64,000 bases of DNA from an uncultured Actinomycetes bacterium (lineage in GTDB: Bacteria; Actinomycetota; Coriobacteriia; Anaerosomatales; PHET01), in assembly GCA_963700665.1 (NCBI GenBank), contig CAVOYK010000009.1, forward strand, positions 52,324 through 116,323. Direction: 5' to 3'. Below are positions 1-9,814 of this stretch, in pieces. The position numbers were made by a program, and so were the translations under genes. How positions within the stretch are numbered: the first letter of the stretch is position 1; each line of letters opens with the position of its first letter. Under the pieces are notes generated by a model. That model searched no databases and was not told the DNA's origin. It was given only the letters and a program-made list of their open reading frames with translations.

Positions 1-1827
1 CCCGCCGCCTGGAAGCCCCACAGCACGTTGTTGATCAGGGCGCGCTGCGCATGCTGATTGCCAGACGTGTTGCCTGCTGCAGCCAGCTGCGCCCCCGCGC
101 CGTCGTAGACCTGCAGGACGTCTTGGTTGTCGCCGCCTATCGCGACCGCTATCTCCGCCTTGCCGATACCATCAAGGTCACCCACCGAGGGTCCTCGAGG
201 GAGATGACCGTTGACGAGATACGAGCCGTCGAGCGCGAGGGAGCCGGAGCCTCCTGTGGCCACGACGATGCGGTTGTCGGCGTCAGCGGCGCCCGTGGTG
301 GTGGCCACGATATCGTCGGCGGTGGTCCCCACAACATCACCGGTGGTGATCCCGGTGATTGTGGACGTGGCCGAGACGGCAGCCACCGGGGCGAGCGCGA
401 CACCGTTCCACCGATACACCCTCAGAGTCGAGCCGTCAGCAGCTACGACCTCGTTGAGGTTTCCGATATCGCTGAGAACGTCGCCCACTGCGATGAAGGC
501 GGGCTCGGCCAGAAGCGTGAACGGTCCAGGCCTCGAGGTGACTCCCGCCAGAGCCGAGCGCCGAATGATCGACACGGTCGGCGACCCCGCACGAGTCACG
601 AGGACTTCCGCCTTGCCGTCGCCGTCGATGTCGCCGCTCGTCATCGGACCGATGTCAGCTTCCAGCGCAGGCCGAGGGCCGAGCAGGCTCGTCGACGCGG
701 CGGTCTGCCGCGTGTAGACCTGCGCCAACCCGTACTGCTTGAGGTTCGTCGCGGCCCCATAGGCCCCGACGACCTCGAGAACGGGCGCACCGGCCGTAGC
801 GTAGACGGAGGCCACGTCGGTCGCGATCGTCGAGCCGGTCCCGTGGCAGCCGTAGCACAGCCCGTCGCCGTCAGCCTTCGCGAGCTTGGCGATCGGAGCG
901 CCCGATCCGTCGTCGGCGCCCATCGCAACGTGGCACGTCTGGCATTCGCCGACGAGACGCTCGGCGTCCGGGTCGCCCACCGGCAGCCGTGTGGCCCACT
1001 CGGTGCCCACGGGGACCGTCTGCGATGTCAGCCCGTGAGAAGAGGCCTTGATGGACGAGCCCCCCGGCGTAGGTCGCCTGCGCATTCGCGTGACAGCCGT
1101 AGCACAACCACCGATCGTTTGCGGGCACGGCGGTCGTATCGGTCACCGACGGCGTGGGCGGAGCCAGTTGCGTGACGACGAGTGCCGTATTGCTGGAGCC
1201 GTGCGGCTCGTGGCATATCGAACATGTGATCTTCGTCCCATCCGTGCGAGCCAAGGCGCGCGCATGAGCGGTCTGGTCCCATACCGAGGTGCCCGGGAAC
1301 AGGTTTCCTGGTCGCACCCCGTGACACGCCGAGCAGTACGCGTCCCCTGAGCGGTAGTACGTTCCTGAGGGGTTTCGCGATTCCAGCAGCGCCGGATATG
1401 GGTCACCGTTCGTGTCGCGCTCGGACCCATGACTGTCGTGACACGAGTAGCAGCCCTTGGGTGAGGGTCCGTAGTCCGAGGTGTCCGGGGCGATCAGATG
1501 AGCGGAGTCCGACTGGAATTCCGTGTAGGTGTCGTAGTCAGAGCCGAGTCCGTCGTGACACGAGAAGCACAGCTGCGTGTCACCAGCCGCACCATCGTAC
1601 GTCCCGACGATCAGCGCGTTGACCTCCGCGCCGAGCGTCAACGTGGGATCGGCAGTGATCGTAGACGCAGAGGAGTGGCTTCGGTGGCAGATCGCGCACG
1701 TATCGGTGTCGCGAGTCAACGCAACGTGAGGGGTCACGGCCAGCGCCGGCCGTGCGGATAGAGCCGCTGTCGCGCACAACAGCGCCGCGGTCGAGACGAA
1801 GAGCGTTCTCCGAATCGTCCTCATCAT
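1..1827 (-). pseudogene. Secreted multihaem c-type cytochrome (8 CxxCH) fused to FG-GAP/VCBS-like repeats; 3' end runs off the window; 1 frame change
   Basis: ORF 871..1827 gives signal peptide MMRTIRRTLFVSTAALLCATAALSARPALA and motifs CAICH, CFSCH, CYSCH, CSACH, CSICH, CYGCH. My manual translation of the minus-strand frame from ~1060 to base 1 has no stop, so it is absent from the ORF track. It gives CQTCH and CYGCH, then repeats such as GDIDGDGKAEVLV and GDLDGIGKAEIAV. The frame change falls in the C6 run at 1061-1066. Confidence 0.8.
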
Positions 1828-1930
1828 GCGTCCCAGTTCCGCGCATCCTTCAGTGGCTCAACGGCTCGCGCCGACAAGCCTGCGGGTGGTACTCAAGCCT
1901 TCAGTGTAGCCCCTTGCACGCCGGTAGGCA

Positions 1931-4035
1931 TCACCGCACCGTCACATAACGCCAGCTGGAGTATGTCGGGAGGTGTCCGCCGTCGTCGTGATAGGCACGG
2001 ACACGCCACCTGCCCTTGTAGGGAATCGCGTAGCGTGCCTTGACCCGAGAATACGAGGAGTAGTTGTACGCGCTCGCATACCTGGTCGTGTAGTGACGCC
2101 ACTTGCCCTTGTAGTAGCGCTGGAAGTACATCTTCACGGGCTTGCCGGAGTGGCGTGGCTTCAGGTTGGCGTACCAGCTGTACGTCCGCTTGCGGTATAC
2201 CCTGCTCTTGTGCGGCCACGGCCTGCTCAGATACACCTTGGGATCGACGTAGCGGCTGACGGTCCACACGCCGTCGTAGCCCGTCGCGCCGGCGAAGAGC
2301 AGGCGGTAGTAGGTCTTGGTGTAGTTGTAGCCACTCGAGCTCGCGGGAACGGAGAACCGCACGTAGCCGTTCTCGTCCGTCTCCGCCGAGGTGACGTCGA
2401 TCCACGAGCCCGAGGTGCGCCCGGACAGTCTCTGGAGTATGACGGTCTGACCCTCCAACGGCGTGTCCCCACTCTTGAGAACACCGGAGAACGCAGCTGT
2501 GCGGCCGTAGGAAACCCGCTGGTAGCCGCTGAGGTACGAGAACCACGACGTCGCGTTCGCCACCGAGAAGTTGATCGTCTTCGTGGGTGACCAGTTCCCG
2601 TCTGCGTCCTTGACCTTGAAGGCGATGCTGTAGGGATCTTCGCGTGGTCCGAAGACTAGTTCTTTCGTCGCCGCGTTGACGGTCTGAGGTGCCCCGCCAT
2701 CCAGTCGATACTCGATGGCCGCGATGGGCTGACCGGGTCCACGTATCGGCGATGGTGAGCTGCTTCTCGGAGTGCTGGCCGTAGCCCGAACCCTGACCCA
2801 TCGGGTCCCACGCCTGGACTGCGTACGTGTAGGTGCCCGGCGCTGCGGCATCAGGCATCTCTCGGACGCTGGCTCGCTCCGACTCGCTCGTGAGCTCGGC
2901 CCATGCGCCGGTCCCGGACTTGCGCCACACGCGGTAGCTCATCGGGCGCGTATCGTCAGACGCATCCGTCGGCGAGTTGGGTGGGCGGCCCCACACGAGC
3001 TTCACCTGGCCCGAGTCCGTGCCCGAGAGGTTGACGGTGGCAGTTCCCTCGTAGTTCTCCTGGTAGTCCGCCATGGCAACCGGGATCCCGCTACCAGGAA
3101 CCAGCGACATCGAACCCGCGGGCACCGGGCCGTACTTGTAGCCAGATGACCTTCAGGTCGTCGATCGCAGGTCCTTGGCCGTTCTTGACGCCACCCGCGC
3201 CGGGGGTCATGTCGAAGAACTGGAACCACAGGGTACCCGCCTTGCGCGCGAGCTTGACGGTGTTGCCGTTGGACAGCTCGCGGGTCACGCCTTGCCACGA
3301 GCTCCCCGTGGGGAATCCGTAGACGCTCTCGTTGGTACCCGGGGCGCCCGATGCTTCCCAGTGAAGGCTGAAGATGTCGTTCGTGCCGAGGCTTGGCATC
3401 AGGTAGTAGTAGGAGAGCCACGACCGGTAGTACTCCGACAGCTGTGGCAGCTGGATGGTCGCACTGCCGCGCGTGCCAGAACTCGGCCACTTGTAGTTGA
3501 CGTAGACCGTGGCTCCGTTCGGAATCACCGTGTTCTTGCGAGCGATGGTCGTGTAGCCCTGGGCGTTCACGCGCGACCACGTAGTCCGTGTCCCTCTTGT
3601 ACTTGACGCCACCGACGGCCAGGCTCCAGACCTCTATGCTCGACACCTCGCCGCCGAAGGCCCTTGGAAGGTGAGGGCCGTGGGGTTGGTGCTGGTGAGC
3701 TTGATCGGCTCCCTCGTCTGCTGAACGTAGTCGTAGAAGGCAGGGTAGAGCGGGAAGAACGTCGAGGGGCCGAGCGTCGGGTACTGCTGCGTGCCGGCAC
3801 ACCACAGGCTGTATCCGGACGTGCCTCGACGTACGTTGGTGATCCTGCCCCAGTACGCGCGGGCAGGGCGCTCGCTGGGAATCTCGGCGAGGGCGAATCC
3901 GCCTGCATCCGAGTTGAAGTCCGCCGATACGATCGTCTGCTGCGCGGTGGGTGGATCACCTGCCCACGCGCTCGGAACGAGTGCGAGCAGAAGAGCAAGT
4001 GCGATAGCGACGATCCATGGACTTCTCGGAGGCAT
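1931..4035 (-). pseudogene. Secreted ~700-aa surface protein with FN3-like and Ig-like domains and a Tyr/Arg-rich C-terminus; at least 4 frame changes
   Basis: ATG at 4035 is preceded by AGGAGGG and followed by signal peptide MPPRSPWIVAIALALLLALVPSAWAG. Fragments 3634..4092, a short stretch of the 3002..3805 frame (FGGEVSSIEVWSLAVGGVKYKRDTDYVV), 3091..3612, 1893..3125 (VKLVWGRPPNSP...TYTYAVQAWDP) and 1931..2851 join into one protein. Confidence 0.6.
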
Positions 4036-4048
4036 TGCCGGATCCCTC

Positions 4049-4810
4049 CTACAGGGTGTCCGGGAAGGCCTTGGCAGCCTTCTCGGCTTCATTGCTCAGA
4101 CTCGACGGCTTTCCATCGAGCGTGGTCAGGACTACTTCGAACACGTAGCGTCCGCGCACGTAGACGACTGTCGCAAAGCGCGTGCCGTCAGTGCCGAAGT
4201 ACGCAGTAGAGCCGTCGACCTTGAGCGTCTTGGGGTTCTTGGCGTACAGGCTCTTGCTCACCTTGTTGACGAACGTGAGGGCGTCCTTGTTGCTCTTTCG
4301 GTAGTGAACCGCCCACAGCGCCCGAGATCCGATCAGGTCGGGTCCGTTTGGGGTCCCCGAGACCGTCGCATCGTCATCGACGACGACCTTCTGGCCCAAC
4401 GAGTAGCCTTCTGCTGACGGCGGCAGAAGCACGCCGAGATCGTCAGTTGGCTTGCTGAACGCCGGGTCGTCGGCCTTGGGGGCCGCAGGCTTCGGCTTCT
4501 GGCTGCTCGAGCTGCTTGCGCCGCCCGATGAGGAAGCCGCCGCGTTCGACTGAGTCGTCCGCGCGACCTGCAGAGTCTGCACCGCCTGTTGATTCGTCGG
4601 GTCCGCGGCGACAACCTGTTCGAGCAGGGCGATCGCTGCGGTCGTATCGCCCGACTGCAGTGCCAGCTGAGCACGTCCGTAGAGAAGATCAGCCTCGGTT
4701 GCGGCGTCGGTGGTGGCCGCGAGGTTGGTGTCGGGCGCCTGCGTGGCCTGTGGCTCAGAGAGGGCCGATCCGACAACGATCACACCGGCCAGGATCAGCA
4801 CACCGACCAC
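4049..4810 (-). CDS. Membrane-anchored protein with TPR-like segment, Ser/Ala/Pro linker and C-terminal globular domain
   Basis: 253-aa ORF with TM helix VGVLILAGVIVVGSAL and LYGRAQLALQSGDTTAAIALLEQVVAADP. The in-frame upstream stretch to 4903 encodes a basic tail but has no canonical start codon, so the true start is uncertain. Confidence 0.5.
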   Translation of the reverse strand: MVGVLILAGVIVVGSALSEPQATQAPDTNLAATTDAATEADLLYGRAQLALQSGDTTAAIALLEQVVAADPTNQQAVQTLQVARTTQSNAAASSSGGASSSSSQKPKPAAPKADDPAFSKPTDDLGVLLPPSAEGYSLGQKVVVDDDATVSGTPNGPDLIGSRALWAVHYRKSNKDALTFVNKVSKSLYAKNPKTLKVDGSTAYFGTDGTRFATVVYVRGRYVFEVVLTTLDGKPSSLSNEAEKAAKAFPDTL

Positions 4811-4906
4811 GCCCGCGAGAACGCCCCGCGCCTTCTTGGGAACCCTCTCGACCAGACGCGCGAGGCCTCTTCGAATCTCGGATACTTGTCTGAACTCTCC
4901 TGCTCA

Positions 4907-6264
4907 CTACGCTCCAGTTCCCTCTGTGGCAACGGCTCGTCCCGCCTCCAGGGCGTCGTCGTCCAATGAGGCGGCTCCTCGTGACGCAGCATCCTCGATC
5001 GCCGCGGCAGCCATCGTCACAAAGGAAGTCAGGCTTCCTTGGGCTTCCCTCGCAAGTTCTGCGAGCACGGGGTCTGCCATCGTCATGGGAGGTTGCGAGA
5101 TCGACGCAGCTTCAAGCCACAAGTCGATCATGTCGACTGCTATCTCATCTGGCGCGTCCTGGAAACGCTCCAACCCCGGGAAGTCCCACTTGAGCTGTGT
5201 GCCGGCCGCGAACTGCTCTTCGAGTTCCGGGACTCCGCCCTCGTCAAGCAGGAAGACGAAGACCGCGTCGATCCTGCAGCATCCAGCGCATCTCATTGAG
5301 CGTCACGACGATCGTCTGGCGCAGTTCCGGGGCGATCTGCATCCAGCTCTCGAAGCTGTCGTAGATGATCACCAGCTTGTCGAAGCGGGTGGTGGCCAGG
5401 TTCGCGACAGCCGAGAGGGTCTTTCGCGGAGCCTTGGTCACCTTCCACTCGGTCGACAGCGCAGCAAGCCCGCGATCGCGATAGACGCGCAGGCCGCGCG
5501 CAACCACCTTGGACAGGTGGGTGGAGGTGTACTCGATCAAGATAGTCGACGACCGCCTGCCGCTTGAGGTCTTCTTCCTCTTCGGCCGAGGGAATGGCGG
5601 CGGCCGTCCCCGGGGCGTCGCCGATCGTGACGTCCACCTCGGCAGAGTCCTCCGACTCGTCGGCGTCCTGATCCAAGCCCGCGACGCGGATGTCGGCCAA
5701 CTGCGCCAGCGCGGGCTGTCGCTCGATCTCAGGCGTCCCAAAGTACTCTCGAGTGACCGCGACCGGATCCGCCGCGAACAGGTCTGCGAACTCGGACAGT
5801 CCTTCTGCGCCCAAGACCTGGAAGGCAGCCAGCTGCTCGTCAGGCTCGGCGAGCATCGTCGCGATGTAGGAGGCAAGCGTCTCATCGAAGGAGCGGAAGG
5901 CGACACGCTCCCCAACGGCTCCCAGCGTGGAGCGCACGCGTCCCTTGCGCATCATGTAGAGCTGGATGTAGGCGTGAACCACGTTCAGCGAGTCGTCGCT
6001 GCCGATGGCGTGCTCGACGTTGCCGATAGCGCGCAGCGAGTACGAGGAGGGGACTTCGGCTCTTGGAGACGACGATCGGCTTGGCCTCGATCGGTCGCGG
6101 CGGCCGCGGCGATCGCAGCAAGCAGGCGATTCGAGGCGGCCGCGACTTCGAGAAGGGTTCCCAGTGCCCCAACCTTCCGTTGTAGGAGCTGCGAAGGGAT
6201 TCGCGACCAGCCCCAAAGAGCGGTACCGAGCAATGTCGTGGGAAGCTTCCGAGTCGTTCGTCAC
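4907..6264 (-). pseudogene. Hypothetical ~450-aa acidic cytoplasmic protein, possibly a degenerate P-loop NTPase-like fold; at least 5 frame changes
   Basis: GTG at 6264 follows GAGGAGAG. Stitching frames of ORFs 5293..6417, 5985..6233, 5882..6364, 5244..5915 and 4907..5296 gives MTNDSEASHDIARYRSLGLVANPF..., a Walker-B-like KLVIIYDSFESW and an acidic linker DQDADESEDSAEVD. No intact Walker A is visible. Confidence 0.3.
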
Positions 6265-6377
6265 GGTCTCTCCTCGAATCGTGGTCGAAGTACGTTTCAG
6301 CATAGCGTGATGTGATGGAGAAGCTGTGTACGCGGTGCGTGATGAACCTGTGCGCTCCGTGCACGACAGCCGACGAA

Positions 6378-6406
6378 GGGCCCCGGACCGTTTGGTCCAG
6401 GGCCCC
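6378..6406 (-). terminator. GC-rich hairpin about 50 nt downstream of the hydrogenase-operon cytochrome
   Basis: Plus strand reads GGGCCC-C-GGACC-GTTT-GGTCC-A-GGGCCC: 6+5 bp stem with one mismatch and a 4-nt loop. There is no clear U-tract. Confidence 0.45.
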
Positions 6407-6456
6407 ATCGTCCTCAACAGGTCTCGAAGAGCAGACCCGCAGCGCTCAGATGAACG

Positions 6457-7824
6457 CTACTTGTTGTGGCAACGCTCGCACACGCCGCGCTCGTTGGCAC
6501 GGAGCAGTGCGCTGGTACCGACGATAGCCGGATCGCCAGGGATGCCAGGTGCACCGGACTTGTCCGGGCTCACGCCAGGAACGCCGTCCTGGACAGGAAC
6601 GACCGTGCCGGCCGAGTTCGTGGTCAGGCTAGCTGCAGCCCATCCGCTCATCGACGTGGAGGCACCGTGTGCCCTGTGGCAGGTCAGGCAGCCGATGTAG
6701 TTCTGGTAGAAGAGCGAGGTGTCGCCAGGGGTGTTGCCCTCGTCAAGCTCGAGCGGCACCCAGTCGCCGTCTTCTCTGACCTGCTCCTGCAGAGCACGGC
6801 CAGGACCGAAGCCGGCGGCCAGCGTGACGTCAACCGGGTGACGGTGACGACGCTGAGCACCAACAACGCCGTCCTCCGAGTTCGGAGCACCGGCGCTGCC
6901 GTCGTAGTCATACGTGGCCAAGAGACCACCGTTGGCGGCGGTGTTGCCCGCAGACGTGGCGTAGTTCTCGTGGCACGCAGCACACCAGACCGACATCGAC
7001 TCGGCACCGGTAGCATCCTGGTGCAGGATCTTGGTACCGCCGGTGTAGTCCGGCTTGTAGGCCGCCATCTGAGCAGCGCCGTCCTCGTGCTTCAGCCAAC
7101 CCTTGTTGGCGCCCGCAGGATCCGGGTAGCCGGTCTCGTACGAGAACACGAACGCATCCGGGGTCTCGCCGTCGGCCTCGTAGCCACCGACGGTGTTGCC
7201 GTTGACCTCAGCCTTGAGCAGGCGGTAGTTCGACGTGCCGTGAGGATCGTGGCAGTCGGTGCAGGTCAGGTTCGCCCACGTCGGGCACGGAGGTGCCGGC
7301 GCCCCAGAGGGGACCAGCGGCTTCCATGCTGTGAGCCGACGTGGCAGCGGCGTAGCTGACAGTCGCGCGTGTCTCCCACACGTACGGGTCTGGCATCTGA
7401 GTGAAGCCACCACCGTTGAGCGGAGCGTCGAACGTCGACTCGGACTCGTACTGCGACGACAACGCCGCCGTTGTCCGCCGCCGACGAGCATCGCCGATCA
7501 GCACCCGTGGGGCCGCAGTCGAAGACGCCGGAAACGACGTTGGTCGAAGCGCCAGGAGCGAGGTCGCCGTGACACGCGTTGCAGAACTCGGTCATCGTCG
7601 TCGCGGAACCGACGAGCAACGCGCTCTCGTGCTCGGTGCCGAGCTGGTCGGTCCAGCCGACGAGTCGAGAACGACGTGTGTGCGCGGTGACAACCGGCAC
7701 ACGAATCAGTGTCGTCGACGTAGCCACCGTGAGGGCCGAAGTTCGCGTAGGCCGCCCCGGCGAAGACGAGCGACAGACCGATTGCCAGAACGAGAATGGT
7801 AGAGATTCGCTTCAAGATCTTCAC
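6457..7824 (-). pseudogene. Secreted multihaem c-type cytochrome (at least 6 CxxCH), third gene of the [NiFe]-hydrogenase operon; at least 3 frame changes
   Basis: Signal peptide MKILKRISTILVLAIGLSLVFAGAAYA, then GPHGGYVDDTDSCAGCHRAH. Further motifs are CNACH, CTDCH, CAACH, CLTCH and C-terminal CERCHNK. Fragments are 7498..7824, 7266..7727, 7208..7504 and 6457..7491. The SD AGGAGG lies between the hydrogenase large-subunit stop (7835) and the start. Confidence 0.75.
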
Positions 7825-7834
7825 CTCCTAGTGG

Positions 7835-9793
7835 CTAGTGGACCGCGCAAGCGATGCACGGGTCGAAGGACTGGGCAACACGCAGGGCCTCGACTCCACC
7901 CTGGCCGGAACCGGCGGTCCCGTCCTGCTTGGTGAAGCTGCCCGAGTTTCCGGCGTACGGAACACCGATCATGGCCTGCTCGATCGGGCCACGGTTGCCA
8001 AGGTAGTCCTTGGGCGAGACGTTCCACGTCGTCGGAACGATGCACTGGTACTTGGTGATCTTGCCGTTGACGATCGTGCACTGGTGCATGAGGGCACCAC
8101 GCGGAGCCTCGGTGCCGCCCCAGCCCTGCTTCGTGCCAGTCGGGATCGGCTTGTCTCTTCCACGTATCGCCAGTGGCGTACTTGAGACCACCGATCCAGC
8201 CAGCCGTGTCGTCCGCGCCGAACGCCAGCGTGGCGCCGGACTTGTCGACGGCACCGAGAATCGCCTGAACGAGGACGAGCGACTCGAGTGCGCGAGCGCG
8301 AAGGCGGTCGATGGTGGAGAGACCACCGTTGATGCCGACCACGTGACCGGCAATGGCGCCGCCGATGTAGGAGCCGGCCTCGCCGTAGAGTCCCGAGATC
8401 GTGGCAGCCGAGCCAGGACCGGTGGGACAGTTGGCCTGAGTGACCGGCACTCCGAGGCTCGAGCCCTCGAGCGTCGCCAGACCCGCGCGAATCAGCGCGA
8501 CGGCGATATCGGCAGCGACCATCTTGGGATCGAGACCCGCAAGCTTGGTGTAGTGCGCGTGTAGCCAGGAACCGTTGCCGGCAAGCGGCGTACCGTCGAT
8601 CGGATAGTAGCCGGCGACGACGAGGCGAGCGAACGGACCGACCTCGCGAGCGACGCCGCCCCAGCGCGGGGCCTTGATGTACGTGTAGCCGTTGGCACGA
8701 TTCGGCTCGGTGCGGGAAACGTCACCAGGATAGGCCTGGCAGGTTCGCCATCGTACTCACCGAGGCTGTCGCGCGTAGCGCGAGTTGGTGATGTCCTCTT
8801 GAGGTTCGTCGGGACGCTGTTGGCGCCAGCGACGAAGTTCGCGAGAACGCCGGCCTTGTCGGTGACGACAAAGTCGGTTCCGCCGGCCGGCTCCACCGGT
8901 CCACACGCCACCGGGAAGGGCGAGCGTGTCGTCGGCGGGGTTCGGGAACGCGCCCCACGCGAGGAAGTTGCCCACGCCGGCGCCGTAGCCCAGGCCGCCG
9001 GTGTTGTTGGTGTTGTCGAACGTCGGGTAGAGCACGCCGAGCGCCAGAACGATCGGCACGTACTCCTGGACGACGAAGCGTCCGACCTCTTCCATGATCG
9101 CACGGAACTTGTCGCAGCGTGTCGGCGAGGTCTTGCGGTCTTGTCGACGGTGACGCCGCCACCGATGTAGCACGAGGTCATCGGCATGCGTCCGGCGAAC
9201 AGCGCGCCGGCCTCGAAGGTGAGGCGACGGATGCGCAGCGCCATGACGTAGCTGCGGATGACGGTCGACCAGACGTCGGTCGAGCAGGCCATCGTCGTTG
9301 TCCGGAACGCGCACGGCCGTTGGACAGCAGCGCTGCGGTGTAGTCGGCGGTGGCGAAGTACGGGGTCCACGGCGGAATGGCCGGGCCCTGAACGTAGCTC
9401 GGTGCAGCCAGGTGATAGAAGTGCGTGATGCTCGACATCAGGAACTCGGAGCCCAGCACGAGGTTGCGGATGTAGACCGCCTTGGCCGGCACGCCGTAGG
9501 TCCCGTCGTCGGCGAACGTGATGTGGTTCTGGCTGTAGCCGAGAACCGCGTCAGCGGCGTACGTCGACGTCATGCCGTGAGGAACCGGGCAGACGCCGCA
9601 GATGCGCTGCGTGAACGTGATCGCGTCGTTGACCTCGCGGCCGAGCAGGAAGTTCTCGAAGCCACGCCACAGGTTGCCGTGGACGTCGGCTTCGGTGATG
9701 ATTCCGCCGGCCTCGGTGACCTTGACGCCCAGGTGACCCTCGATACGTGAGATCGGGTCGACTTCGATACGTTGCCTAGCTCGATCTAGCCAT
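7835..9793 (-). pseudogene. [NiFe]-hydrogenase large subunit; at least 7 frame changes
   Basis: ATG at 9793 follows GGAAGGAGGG. Manual translation gives RIEVDPISRIEGHLGV and RICGVCPVPHG (N-terminal Ni-binding motif). The C-terminus is SFDPCIACAVH followed by a stop. Fragments from ORFs 9178..9573, 8492..9370, 8757..9314, 7821..8522 and 7835..8353 lie in all three frames. Confidence 0.85.
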
Positions 9794-9814
9794 TATTCCC
9801 TCCTTCCCAGTTCT

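Noticed and set aside
51-1175. Long plus-strand ORFs antisense to recognisable genes. Examples: 51..1175, 14890..15549, 16240..17337, 49715..51043, 51894..53234, 57836..58966, 59063..60577, and the first 860 nt of 21784..23673.
   Set aside because: Their translations are Arg/Ala/Pro/Gly-rich with no motifs. They lie opposite genes with clear family signatures. This is typical open-frame noise in high-GC DNA.
3634-3636. An in-frame TAG between ORFs 3634..4092 and 3091..3612, which share the same frame. This could suggest a read-through or recoded stop.
   Set aside because: The sensible protein sequence leaves this frame near 3650, runs through a second frame (FGGEVSSIEVWSLAVGGVKYKRDTDYVV) and returns near 3590. 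The TAG is therefore bypassed by two compensating frame changes, not decoded.
7835-7870. A possible [NiFeSe] hydrogenase, given the nearby Sec machinery.
   Set aside because: The C-terminal motif is DPCIACAVH with TGC (Cys), and no UGA is present.
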